A DNA stretch of 53,205 nucleotides. Source: a virus (Duplodnaviria; Caudoviricetes). A model generated the notes under the pieces. The model made no database searches and was not told the DNA's origin. It saw nothing but the letters and a program-made list of their open reading frames with translations. Positions 37,420-46,893 of the stretch are shown here, in pieces; the stretch's first letter is position 1; each line of letters begins with the position of its first letter. The stretch is taken from positions 1 to 53,205 of IMG/VR virus record IMGVR_UViG_3300025391_000020; one strand, written 5' to 3'. The position numbers and the translations under genes were made by a program.

Positions 37420-37881
37420 ATGGCCAGCACAGTAACTAATTTAATTAATACAATTGATACAGGATTTCCTGTAGCAGGACAAAACAACGATAGTCAAGGA
37501 TTCCGTTCGAACTTTAGCATCATACAATCAGCATTACTGAATACCGAAGCTGAAATTGAAAGTCTACAGTCTCTACTAGGAACTAAAGGAGATGTATATA
37601 ATAGTTCATTAACAACACCCGGTTATCAACAATTGCCAGGCGGGCTTATTATGCAATGGGGTCAAAGTGCTCCAATTACAGGCCAAACAACAGGAACCGT
37701 GACATTTGCTACTCCATTCTCTACTGCTGTTTTAAGTGTTACTGCAACTCCTATTAATGCAACATACAGTACAACTACCACTATTACATCACAAGCTGTT
37801 TCATCATCATTAACTGGTGCAACATTTATGGCTATTGGATCAGGTAGTGCCGCATTCAGCTACATTGCACTAGGATACTGA
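37420..37881 (+). CDS. virion protein with tail-fibre tip domain
   Basis: FPVAGQNNDSQGFR.NF N-terminus; GYQQLPGGLIMQWG. Confidence 0.75.
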   Translation: MASTVTNLINTIDTGFPVAGQNNDSQGFRSNFSIIQSALLNTEAEIESLQSLLGTKGDVYNSSLTTPGYQQLPGGLIMQWGQSAPITGQTTGTVTFATPFSTAVLSVTATPINATYSTTTTITSQAVSSSLTGATFMAIGSGSAAFSYIALGY

Positions 37882-38126
37882 TGTTTAATCCACTAATAGA
37901 AAATCCAAGTAAACTCAAAGATCAAGATCTTGAAAATAAGATTCTTGATCTAAGTCGCAAGTACGGCATTGCTATGCGTCTAGGACAAGGCGGTATAGCA
38001 CAACAAATTGTTATAACCTTAGATGCTTATAGAATGGAACAGCAGGCTCGTCAAATTGAAGCAATGAAGACAATACAAGAAAAACAAAAGAAACAAGGCC
38101 TGGACGATTTAATCAATGTTGAATGA
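37881..38126 (+). CDS. hypothetical protein
   Basis: coupled operon ORF. Confidence 0.7.
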   Translation: MFNPLIENPSKLKDQDLENKILDLSRKYGIAMRLGQGGIAQQIVITLDAYRMEQQARQIEAMKTIQEKQKKQGLDDLINVE

Positions 38127-38667
38127 TTCAGTACATCAATTTATTTGGCCTACAGGATTTGCTTGTACATTAATTACAGAAAAAATTATAGTTCCAAATT
38201 CTTATTCTATCGGCGTTCATATTGAACCCAGTGCCCAAATGAACATTGCTTTAGGTTTTAGAAAACTTAGATACTTTATTGAACACTATCTTCAAAACAG
38301 TATTTTTGTTCACAGGGAACATCCAATGGTTCCTATATTATTAGAATTAGAAACCAATTTAGTATTATTTCCAACAGATCCCTATGATTATTTTGTAGGT
38401 GGGGTACTTAACAGTAAGTTTATTGCTATTACCCAAAAATATTTTAATATCAGTGCTATAACCATTGACAGTGCGGTAGGAGATCATATACAATACTGTA
38501 TAGAAGAACCAGAAGACTGTGGTTTAGAACTCAAAGGCGATCACTGGTGGAATATAGATTCAACAGGTACAGGCTCTCAAGATGAGAATTCTTGGGAAGA
38601 ACTTAATATTACAGATAGCCCTAGATTCGAACCACGAATTGTTAAGGGCGGACGCAGTGAAGATTGA
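38116..38667 (+). CDS. hypothetical protein (possible degenerate QueD-like fold)
   Basis: operon ORF; weak pattern similarity to queD. Confidence 0.65.
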   Translation: MLNDSVHQFIWPTGFACTLITEKIIVPNSYSIGVHIEPSAQMNIALGFRKLRYFIEHYLQNSIFVHREHPMVPILLELETNLVLFPTDPYDYFVGGVLNSKFIAITQKYFNISAITIDSAVGDHIQYCIEEPEDCGLELKGDHWWNIDSTGTGSQDENSWEELNITDSPRFEPRIVKGGRSED

Positions 38668-39190
38668 CAAATACGGACAAGCATTAATATCAACCGAAGA
38701 AGCATTTCAAGCATTGTATAACAACAAGTTATCTTCGCTTAAAGATGTGTATGTTGACGATGATAAAACCATTGACCATTATAATACAGCCTGTGATATC
38801 AACGCTGATAAAATTCCTAGATTACAAAAATTGCTAGATAAAGGTTTAAGTATTGAAGAATTTGATCGTAAAAATCAAAGTCAATGGTATATGCCGCAAG
38901 AATATTTAAATTTTGACATAGAATCTTGGTTAACTGAACAATGCAATACTGACACAAAAATGATTAGATTGCAGAATGAACTAGTACTTTTTCGCCAACT
39001 TAATATGATCGACCTACTAAGATATCTTAAATACTTAGTAGATACCATGCGAAAACATAATATTGTATGGGGAGTGGGTCGAGGTAGTAGTGTAGCCAGT
39101 TATGCTCTGTATCTCATAGGTATACATAAAATTGATAGTATAAAATTCAATTTAGATATAAATGAATTTTTAAGAACACAAGGAGAATAA
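38657..39190 (+). CDS. DNA polymerase III alpha (DnaE)-like fragment
   Basis: WGVGRGSSVASYALYLIGIHKID...EFL; ends before the catalytic DxD. Confidence 0.85.
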   Translation: MKIDKYGQALISTEEAFQALYNNKLSSLKDVYVDDDKTIDHYNTACDINADKIPRLQKLLDKGLSIEEFDRKNQSQWYMPQEYLNFDIESWLTEQCNTDTKMIRLQNELVLFRQLNMIDLLRYLKYLVDTMRKHNIVWGVGRGSSVASYALYLIGIHKIDSIKFNLDINEFLRTQGE

Positions 39191-39191
39191 A

Positions 39192-39521
39192 ATGTACAAA
39201 ACAGCACAAGGTAAAACAATTGACATGGATAAACTAATGCGTCAAAACGAATTAGTACCAGCAGTAGGCAATGCAGGAGTAAATGCTCGAGGAGATAAAT
39301 TAGGTCCTGGAGGTAAAATAATTAAAAAACGTGAAGATGTTGTAGCTGAATATTACGATAAAAATCCCAAGGCACAAATAAAATCTACAAGTCGTCAAGT
39401 TAAATCTAATACGGTAGCAGAACCTATGCCAGAAACTTCAACTCCGCCGGTTGTACAGAAACCTGCTAGTTCGGCACCTGCTGAAGTTGTTGTAACAAAA
39501 AAAACTACTACAGGTGAATAA
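39192..39521 (+). CDS. hypothetical protein
   Basis: SD AGGAG; AVGN..VNARGD.LGPGG. Confidence 0.75.
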   Translation: MYKTAQGKTIDMDKLMRQNELVPAVGNAGVNARGDKLGPGGKIIKKREDVVAEYYDKNPKAQIKSTSRQVKSNTVAEPMPETSTPPVVQKPASSAPAEVVVTKKTTTGE

Positions 39522-39857
39522 ATGAAAGTACAAGGCAAATTAAAATTATTGCGTGATAGCGTGTTGTTATGCGATATGGAGTTTGGCGAAGAAAAGACCA
39601 CTAGCGGAATTATCCTAAAAAGCGATGATGGTCGCGTTGAAGGCATCAAACCACGCTGGGGCCGTGTGTGGGCAATTGGTCCAGAGCAAACTGATGTTAA
39701 AGTTGGCGAGTGGGTTCTTATGGAACATGGTCGTTGGAGTCGTGCCGCAGAGTACGAAAATGAAGATGGTACTATTACTAAAATTCAAAAAGCCGATGTC
39801 AAGGCAATGTTAGCCACAGCAGATGAGAAGCCAGCTGGTGCTTATCGTGGACAATAA
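39522..39857 (+). CDS. groES: co-chaperonin GroES-like protein
   Basis: L.D.VL, EKTTSGII mobile loop, V.AIGP, VKVGEWVL. Confidence 0.85.
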   Translation: MKVQGKLKLLRDSVLLCDMEFGEEKTTSGIILKSDDGRVEGIKPRWGRVWAIGPEQTDVKVGEWVLMEHGRWSRAAEYENEDGTITKIQKADVKAMLATADEKPAGAYRGQ

Positions 39858-39872
39858 TTCTTTCAAATACTG

Positions 39873-39914
39873 TTGACAAACAAAATATCCCATGTTATAT
39901 TAATATCATGGGAT
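39873..39914 (+). promoter_or_regulatory. sigma70 promoter with palindrome around -10
   Basis: TTGACA-17nt-TATATT; ATCCCATG/CATGGGAT inverted repeat including the ATG. Confidence 0.7.
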
Positions 39915-40150
39915 TTCAAAAAAGCTGGGACGTGCCCGATATAGCACGACAAATCAATACACTTACTTACGAGATTAACTCACCTCGCAATGATGGATTT
40001 CTATCATGGGGATGCAAACAAGATCTCTATAGAATAAAATGGCTAGTAGAAGATGCACTTAAAAGATGTGGCACTTATGTTGGCGAAGAAGAATGGCTCA
40101 AAGAACAAGAGCAAAAAAAGATCATTAGGATATTGAGCGATGATATTTAA
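39908..40150 (+). CDS. hypothetical protein
   Basis: ORF directly after promoter. Confidence 0.7.
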   Translation: MGFQKSWDVPDIARQINTLTYEINSPRNDGFLSWGCKQDLYRIKWLVEDALKRCGTYVGEEEWLKEQEQKKIIRILSDDI

Positions 40151-40604
40151 TAAAATAAAACAATTAAAGGCTGATGGAAAAAAGATAGGAATAGTATTTT
40201 CAACATTTGATTTGCTTCATGCAGGTCAGGTTGCTATGCTGTCAGAAGCTAAAAATCACTGTGATTATTTGATTGCAGGATTACAAACTGATCCTACTAT
40301 CGATCGCCCAGATACTAAAAATAAACCTATTCAAAGTATTGTAGAACGCCAGATTACTGTCAGTGCCACTCGTTATGTGGATGAAATAGTTGTGTATCAA
40401 ACTGAAGCAGATCTATGTGACATCTTGCTAACACTACCTATTGATGTTAGAATATTAGGTGTAGAGTACAAAGGTGTAGAATTTACTGGTAAAGATATCT
40501 GTAATCAACGAGGAATTGGAATTATTTACAACAGTAGAGACCATAGTTTCTCAAGTAGTAGTTTGCGTAAGCGAGTGGCAGAAGCCGAGAAAGGTAAGAT
40601 ATGA
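40140..40604 (+). CDS. cytidylyltransferase (TagD-like)
   Basis: TFDLLHAGQ (HxGH variant), NKPIQS, R...FSSSSLR. Confidence 0.85.
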   Translation: MIFNKIKQLKADGKKIGIVFSTFDLLHAGQVAMLSEAKNHCDYLIAGLQTDPTIDRPDTKNKPIQSIVERQITVSATRYVDEIVVYQTEADLCDILLTLPIDVRILGVEYKGVEFTGKDICNQRGIGIIYNSRDHSFSSSSLRKRVAEAEKGKI

Positions 40605-40936
40605 GTAGATGGGGAAAAGTATCAGAAATGCAAGCAGGAAGAGCAATACCTATGACACAAACATTAACATTAAAACAAAGACTGGCACGATGGCTAATGT
40701 CCGATGACAGTAATCAAAACAAAATAATCAGCATTGATGACGATAGACTTGATATCAGACAAGATAGTTCAATTCGTTTTGAGGTGCACAATGCATCAGG
40801 AGGTCGTATAGTCCAGACTCGCAGATATGATGAGCGTAAAGATAGACATTTTGAAAGTCTGTATATTATCACATCAGATAAAAACTTTGGTGAAGAAATT
40901 GATAAGATATTGACCATGGAGGCTCTTCGTGCCTAA
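40601..40936 (+). CDS. hypothetical protein
   Basis: operon ORF. Confidence 0.7.
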   Translation: MSRWGKVSEMQAGRAIPMTQTLTLKQRLARWLMSDDSNQNKIISIDDDRLDIRQDSSIRFEVHNASGGRIVQTRRYDERKDRHFESLYIITSDKNFGEEIDKILTMEALRA

Positions 40937-41053
40937 TCGTTGCGAAATATGTCGCCGAGAATATACGCCAGAGTGTGACTACCGGCAAGGACGATGTCCA
41001 CATCATCCCAGTTTATTAGAACAGATAATTAAATTCTTTAGGAGCAGAAATAA

Positions 41054-41974
41054 ATGAAAGAACTATGGGTAGAAAAATTTAGACCAAAAACAGTTAGCGA
41101 ATATGTGTTTGTAGATGACTCACAGAAGCGGCAAGTACAGAGCTGGATCAAAGAAGGCAGTATTCCACACTTGTTATTCAGCGGTGCCGCAGGTATTGGT
41201 AAAACAACTTTGGCTAAAGTCCTACTCAATGAACTAGGCATTGAAAGTTATGATATCTTAGAAATCAATGCATCACGAGAAAACAATGTAGAAACTGTGA
41301 GAGATAAGATCATTAACTTTGTACAAATGATGCCATTTGGTCCATTCAAGTGTGTGCTGTTAGATGAGGCTGATTATCTAACCCCTAACGCACAGGCTAT
41401 ACTTCGCGGTGTTATGGAAACATATTCCAGTACCAGTAGATTTATTCTAACCTGTAACTATCCTAATCGTATTATTCCAGCAATACATAGTCGTTGTCAA
41501 GGTTTTCATGTACTAAAAACTGATCAAACAGAGTTTACAGCTCGGGCGGCTACTATCCTGGTCACAGAAAATGTAGACTTTGACATTGACACCCTAGACA
41601 CATTTGTTAAACTTAGCTATCCAGATCTACGCAAATGCATCAACTTATTGCAACAAAATGTTGTAGAAGGTAAACTAGTATCTCCAAGTGCAGGTGATGC
41701 TGACTCTACAGACTATAGACTAGAAATGGTTGAATTGTTCAAAGCAGGCAACATTCAAGGTGCGAGAAAACTGTTGTGTAGTCGTGCACGACCAGAAGAG
41801 GTTGAAGAAATCTTTAGATGGTGTTATGACAATATTGAATTGTTTGGTGATACTGAAGAAAAGAAAGACTCTGCTATTATCATTATCAAACAAGGTCTTG
41901 TAGATCATACATTGATAGCTGACGCAGAGATAAACCTTAGTGCTACCATGGCAAAATTGGCCAGACTACAATAA
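41054..41974 (+). CDS. sliding clamp loader AAA+ subunit (RFC small subunit / gp44-like)
   Basis: LWVEKFRP, GAAGIGKTT, EINAS, LLDEAD, SRC. Confidence 0.93.
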   Translation: MKELWVEKFRPKTVSEYVFVDDSQKRQVQSWIKEGSIPHLLFSGAAGIGKTTLAKVLLNELGIESYDILEINASRENNVETVRDKIINFVQMMPFGPFKCVLLDEADYLTPNAQAILRGVMETYSSTSRFILTCNYPNRIIPAIHSRCQGFHVLKTDQTEFTARAATILVTENVDFDIDTLDTFVKLSYPDLRKCINLLQQNVVEGKLVSPSAGDADSTDYRLEMVELFKAGNIQGARKLLCSRARPEEVEEIFRWCYDNIELFGDTEEKKDSAIIIIKQGLVDHTLIADAEINLSATMAKLARLQ

Positions 41975-42017
41975 AAAAAATAACCGCGTAGTCGATGCAG
42001 GTCGGTACTACGCGGTT
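41973..42017 (-). terminator. terminator between convergent clamp loader and phoH
   Basis: AACCGCGTAGT/ACTACGCGGTT 11-bp stem with T-run on the - strand. Confidence 0.75.
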
Positions 42018-42048
42018 GGCTCTTGTTAAGTCAATGTTGTTTTATATT

Positions 42049-42807
42049 TTAATCACTAATATCTTCCTTATAGATTGATAATACTTCTTTAACAACTGGA
42101 TGTCTTTCCACGTCTCGAGTCCCGAACTTAGCCATAGCAATCATACGCGAATCACCTCCTTGTCCGTATAGATTACAAAATTCTAGCAAGCCATTCTCAT
42201 GTGGTCTATCTGCTTGATTTAAGTCTCCAGTTACTACCATGCGACTGCCTTCTCCTATGCGAGTAAGTAACATTTTCATTTGACTAGCGGTAGTGTTCTG
42301 ACACTCATCTGCAATAATGAAAGCGTTCTTAAATGTGCGTCCACGCATCATCGCTAAGGGTGCAATTTCAATAACACCGTCTTCTAACATCTCTGCAATT
42401 TCTTTTGGATGATAGTAGTCTTCGAACACATCCATGATAGGACGAGTCCAAGGCTCCATCTTTTGATTTAAGGTTCCTGGTAAGAAACCGTGATCCTCAT
42501 CTACACTTACAGCCGGCCTTGTGATAATAATTTTACTAATCACCCCCTCTTTGTATAGTTTAATGGCCATTTGTACACCCAACATAGTTTTACCCGTACC
42601 CGCAGGTCCGATGGCAAAAACAATGTATTTCTTGGGATTTTTTAACAATTCTAGGTAGTTTTCCTGCGAAATATTTCGTGGAACTATAAGAACTTGTTGC
42701 TTTTTTTTCAAATAAGGCTTGATCTGTATCAAGTTATTTGTGTCAGAAATAAATCGAGGATCTCGAATATTCTGATCTCTTTCGTTTCTTCTTCTAGCTT
42801 TGGGCAA
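42049..42807 (-). CDS. phoH: PhoH-like ATPase (TTG start after AAGGAGG)
   Basis: GPAGTGKT, GFLPG, MRGRTF, DECQN, LTRIG, GD..Q.D, RHP. Confidence 0.93.
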   Translation of the reverse strand: MPKARRRNERDQNIRDPRFISDTNNLIQIKPYLKKKQQVLIVPRNISQENYLELLKNPKKYIVFAIGPAGTGKTMLGVQMAIKLYKEGVISKIIITRPAVSVDEDHGFLPGTLNQKMEPWTRPIMDVFEDYYHPKEIAEMLEDGVIEIAPLAMMRGRTFKNAFIIADECQNTTASQMKMLLTRIGEGSRMVVTGDLNQADRPHENGLLEFCNLYGQGGDSRMIAMAKFGTRDVERHPVVKEVLSIYKEDISD

Positions 42808-42940
42808 TTTTACCTCCTTGGGAAGATCGACCTGCACAGATATTTACATACTATACTCAAAATACACCTCAAACACACCAAAAACGATTAATCTATTTTA
42901 CATCTCCACTTACATAAATAAAACAGTAAAGAGAACAACC

Positions 42941-43477
42941 ATGCACGATATAGTAGAAGTAATTAAAAACATACAAAAACTCAGCGAGAACAACGGTGCG
43001 TTCAAAGTTATCAAAGACTTTGAGCGAGTTCTTGACGAGTTGGATATATATGTGTTTAAGAATTGGAGTGAAGGCGAATTGGTTGAAGGGCCTGATGTCA
43101 GTAGATACAGCGTCAAATGCGGATTCATGTGGGACCTCAAAGAGATGCCAGATCCCGAAGGTGCTAAAAGACTCTACGACTATGGATGTCAAGTTGTTTA
43201 TAAAAAAGAAAATATCCTAATTCCCCGCAAGATCAAAGATCCCGGAGATTTCCGTCCTGGAACTAAAAAAGGTAAGATTGATGCACATCCAGTTTGGGTT
43301 GTAGAAATCACTATGCCCAAGAAACTCATGCAAGATGTTTACATCGGCAAAGAGAATCAAGATCACAATCAAATGGCCGAGCTAATGCGTTATAAGAATG
43401 ACGAATCAGTAGGCACAGATGAAGTAGCACAAGAAAGTCCAGAAAATGCAGTACCAGAAGAACCAACCCAAGCATAA
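42941..43477 (+). CDS. hypothetical late protein
   Basis: ATAAATA upstream at ~42915. Confidence 0.75.
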   Translation: MHDIVEVIKNIQKLSENNGAFKVIKDFERVLDELDIYVFKNWSEGELVEGPDVSRYSVKCGFMWDLKEMPDPEGAKRLYDYGCQVVYKKENILIPRKIKDPGDFRPGTKKGKIDAHPVWVVEITMPKKLMQDVYIGKENQDHNQMAELMRYKNDESVGTDEVAQESPENAVPEEPTQA

Positions 43478-44210
43478 GCTCAATGAAGGACTAAGGTCCG
43501 GAGATCTTAAAGAATTCGTCAGTGAACTATTCACTGTTGATCAGTATCGCAGTAAAATGGGCGAAGACCGTGATGTTGTTGTATTAGGATTCCGTGTTAA
43601 AGAAAAGTATCCAGCAATTGACCTAGTTGAGTTTATTGAAAAGGGTTATCCTTTTATTCTTGATGCAGACATGAGTTCAGGCGAAGAACATGATGGACAG
43701 TATCAAGTATTTGTAGAACTAGAGCGTACACCTAAGTTACCCGGACAATTAAAACACTTGTTAAATGGTGTAAGCCAATTAACTGATTGTTATGATTGGA
43801 AATTTAGATATCAAAAAGCAGATCACAGCGTTCCATTCGATGAACAAAGTGTTATGGAAAATATTCCACTGACTAAAGAAGACTATGACAATCGTATCAT
43901 GGAAATGAAACACGGAGATATTTCTAATTTCTTTAATCAAGGTACAACAGAAGTTGCACTAGAAGCAGACAATACCTTAACTTTTAGCAAACCCTACGCA
44001 GGTGATCTTACTGCTAAATTTGTATCAATAGGCGATTATAATGATGTTAAGGACACAGTTCCCGGCGCACTATCATTAGATGAAAGTAGTCAAAGCGAAG
44101 TTACATTCCTAAACAAATATCTAGGTAACTATGATATCAACAAAATAGGTGATAAGTTTTTAATTAGGAACGGTAACCGAGCAGTTGTCATTGAAAAAGG
44201 TAGGTGGTAA
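43446..44210 (+). CDS. hypothetical protein
   Basis: operon ORF. Confidence 0.75.
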   Translation: MQYQKNQPKHKLNEGLRSGDLKEFVSELFTVDQYRSKMGEDRDVVVLGFRVKEKYPAIDLVEFIEKGYPFILDADMSSGEEHDGQYQVFVELERTPKLPGQLKHLLNGVSQLTDCYDWKFRYQKADHSVPFDEQSVMENIPLTKEDYDNRIMEMKHGDISNFFNQGTTEVALEADNTLTFSKPYAGDLTAKFVSIGDYNDVKDTVPGALSLDESSQSEVTFLNKYLGNYDINKIGDKFLIRNGNRAVVIEKGRW

Positions 44211-44665
44211 AATTGTGGATACTACATTTTATTCCAGATGAGTTATTACAGAAAGCTATTTTATTTTTAATATTTTTTGGAATATCTTTATATCCTATAG
44301 GATTTTTGACAAACTTTCTCCCTGGTGGAAAAAAATATAAGAGTATTATTTTTGTTATTGCAACATTAATTACAATAGTAGGATTTTACTTTGAAGGTAG
44401 TTATAGTACAGAAATGGAATGGCGTAAGAAGGTTGAAGAAGTACAGGCAAAAGTTGCAGCCGCAGAAGCACAGGCTGCCGAAGCTAATACAAAAATAAAA
44501 ACCCGTATTATTAAAAGAACTAAAGTCATTCATGATCGACAAATTATTGTAAGAAAAGAATTGCAACAGGTCGAGAAACAAATTAACTCAGAATGTAAAT
44601 TAGATCCTATTGTTAATAAAATACATAATGATGCGGCTAAAAATCCAATGAGTATAGAGAAATGA
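44204..44665 (+). CDS. putative inner-membrane spanin (Rz-like)
   Basis: TM helices then coiled coil and C-terminal Cys; upstream of lipoprotein and endolysin. Confidence 0.6.
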   Translation: MVKLWILHFIPDELLQKAILFLIFFGISLYPIGFLTNFLPGGKKYKSIIFVIATLITIVGFYFEGSYSTEMEWRKKVEEVQAKVAAAEAQAAEANTKIKTRIIKRTKVIHDRQIIVRKELQQVEKQINSECKLDPIVNKIHNDAAKNPMSIEK

Positions 44666-44934
44666 AAAAATTATTAATTGTATCATTGTTAACTTTATTA
44701 GTAGGATGCGCTACAACTCCTGTTCCTGTAACCATTAAATTTCCAGATGCTCCCGAACCGCTTAAAACTGCCTGTCCAGACCTACAAACAGTAGATCCGG
44801 CAAATACCAAACTCACAGATGTACTAGGAGCAGTTGTAGGCAACTACAGCACCTATTATGAGTGTAAAGGCAAAGTAGATGATTGGATTGAATGGTATAA
44901 TCTACAAAAATCTATCTTTGATAAATTAAAATGA
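44662..44934 (+). CDS. putative outer-membrane spanin lipoprotein (Rz1-like)
   Basis: lipobox LVGC, Pro-rich segment, two Cys. Confidence 0.65.
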   Translation: MKKLLIVSLLTLLVGCATTPVPVTIKFPDAPEPLKTACPDLQTVDPANTKLTDVLGAVVGNYSTYYECKGKVDDWIEWYNLQKSIFDKLK

Positions 44935-45332
44935 AACAAATTGTTCTATCCTTATTAATGTTAACATTGTCTGGCTGTGCAGTTGTAGATGCTTATCTAA
45001 TGACACACTATGATCCTAACGAGTATAAAACTATAACAGAAATTCGTGCAGAATCTCAACAATTTAAAAATCAATGTGATGATGCTGTAGCCAGCCAGAC
45101 CAATGCTGTTAAAGTGGCCACTGATACTCAATACTTTGTACTATATAGTGAACACATTCCCAGAAATGATAATATGATCGCAGCCAGTAAAGACTTACAT
45201 GATATAGCACAGGGACTAGCTGATCAATATTCAAAAGCCAAAGTAAGTCCAGCATTTTGTAAAATAAAATTCACAAGCATAGAAACATCCGCAGACAGGA
45301 TGCAGACAGTTATAGCAGGGAGACCAAGATGA
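44931..45332 (+). CDS. lipoprotein
   Basis: lipobox LSGC. Confidence 0.75.
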   Translation: MKQIVLSLLMLTLSGCAVVDAYLMTHYDPNEYKTITEIRAESQQFKNQCDDAVASQTNAVKVATDTQYFVLYSEHIPRNDNMIAASKDLHDIAQGLADQYSKAKVSPAFCKIKFTSIETSADRMQTVIAGRPR

Positions 45333-45589
45333 GCGTAGAACAACACCAACAAGCATTGTTAGAGAGTTATCAAGGAACCAATGATCCAAAAGTACAAGAA
45401 TCAGCTCGTACTGCAAATGAATACACAGAATTACTAAAATCAGGACAGGTAAGTAAAGACGAATATATACAAATGATGCAAGATATTATTCGTGTCAATA
45501 ATATTAATCGAAGTGTAGATAATATGCAGGTATTAGAACACATGAATACTGCAATTAATGGACTGATTAATTTAGCCAGTCTAGTGTAA
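45329..45589 (+). CDS. hypothetical protein
   Basis: ATGA-coupled ORF. Confidence 0.7.
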   Translation: MSVEQHQQALLESYQGTNDPKVQESARTANEYTELLKSGQVSKDEYIQMMQDIIRVNNINRSVDNMQVLEHMNTAINGLINLASLV

Positions 45590-45608
45590 ATAATCAAAAG
45601 AGGAACAT

Positions 45609-46232
45609 ATGGCAGATTTTATTTTAAGTCAAGATCAATTAGCACAGATTATACCCGGCAATCCCTATGTGGATCATTGGTATACAGCATTAAGTCAAGC
45701 ATTACCAGATTACGATATCAATACTCCTCAACGGGTCGCGGCTTTCCTAGCACAGTGTGGACATGAAAGCGGCGGATTTACCGCTATCAAAGAAAACTTA
45801 AACTACAAAGCAGAAAGTCTTGTTCGTGTATGGCCTAAATATTTTCCTAATATGGATATAGCAAATCAATATGCACACAATCAAGAAAAAATTGCCAATA
45901 GAGCCTATGCTAATCGCATGGGTAATGGGCCAGAAGAGTCAGGAGATGGTTATAGATTCTGTGGCCGAGGATTGATCCAATTGACCGGACGCAGTAATTA
46001 TCAGGCATTTGCTGATAGCATAGAAACAGATATCAATGATCTGCCTGAATATCTAGCAACCTTTGAGGGTTGCGTACAGTCAGCATGTTGGTTTTGGGAA
46101 GCAAATAACCTTAATCAATATGCAGATAATTTTGATTTGGTAACAATGACCAAAAAAATCAACGGGGGCACACTAGGCCTTGATGATCGTACCGAGAGGT
46201 ATAAAAAAGCACTACAAATTATGGGAGCATAA
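45609..46232 (+). CDS. GH19 (chitinase-like) endolysin
   Basis: FLAQCGHES, ENLNY, GRGLIQLTGR.NY, INGG..GL. Confidence 0.92.
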   Translation: MADFILSQDQLAQIIPGNPYVDHWYTALSQALPDYDINTPQRVAAFLAQCGHESGGFTAIKENLNYKAESLVRVWPKYFPNMDIANQYAHNQEKIANRAYANRMGNGPEESGDGYRFCGRGLIQLTGRSNYQAFADSIETDINDLPEYLATFEGCVQSACWFWEANNLNQYADNFDLVTMTKKINGGTLGLDDRTERYKKALQIMGA

Positions 46233-46233
46233 A

Positions 46234-46824
46234 ATGGCATTAATAGACAGTGTATTGAATTTGATTACAAAACAACCTAAAGATCCTAATGCAGTTAAAC
46301 CACCTGTGGGATCACGGTCAGAGCGTGAAGCAAAACTCAAAGACAAAGCAGGGATGGTAATTAGTGTATTTGCACTATTACTTGCAGTGAATTCATGGTA
46401 CGGTGGTACTTTAAGTAGCAAGGTGTTAAACAACACAATTGCTTCAAACAATGTATGGGCATTTTATCAGGCTAAGAGTATTAAACAAACTCTAGCTGAA
46501 CAAAGTCTTGATGATGCCACATATCGCAAAGAAACAGACAAAATGGCTAAACTACAGGCCAAGATTGATCGTTACGAAAGCGATCCAAAGACAGGCGAAG
46601 GTAAGAAAGAGCTAATGGAAAAGGCACGCAAGTTAGAATCAGAGCGTGATGAAGCTAGGAAACGCAGTCCATGGATTGGCTATGCTAGTACCCTATATCA
46701 ACTAAGCATTGTTGTATTATCTGCAAGTATTCTTGCTGTTAGTATGAGTATGTTTTGGGGAAGTTTCTTTGTTGCCGGACTTGGATTATTGCTATCAGCA
46801 CAAGGTGTATTTTTGTTCTTTTAA
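46234..46824 (+). CDS. membrane protein (DUF4337-like)
   Basis: WAFYQAKSIK, coiled coil, three TM segments. Confidence 0.7.
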   Translation: MALIDSVLNLITKQPKDPNAVKPPVGSRSEREAKLKDKAGMVISVFALLLAVNSWYGGTLSSKVLNNTIASNNVWAFYQAKSIKQTLAEQSLDDATYRKETDKMAKLQAKIDRYESDPKTGEGKKELMEKARKLESERDEARKRSPWIGYASTLYQLSIVVLSASILAVSMSMFWGSFFVAGLGLLLSAQGVFLFF

Positions 46825-46849
46825 TAAAATACTAAGTTAATATAAAACT

Positions 46850-46892
46850 ACCGCTCCGTAAATAATAGTACACTATTATGGAGCGGTTTTTT
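46850..46892 (+). promoter_or_regulatory. long hairpin containing late promoter and SD; may also terminate
   Basis: ACCGCTCC..TAAATAATAGT-AC-ACTATTAT-GGAGCGGT then T-run. Confidence 0.7.
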
Positions 46893-46893
46893 A

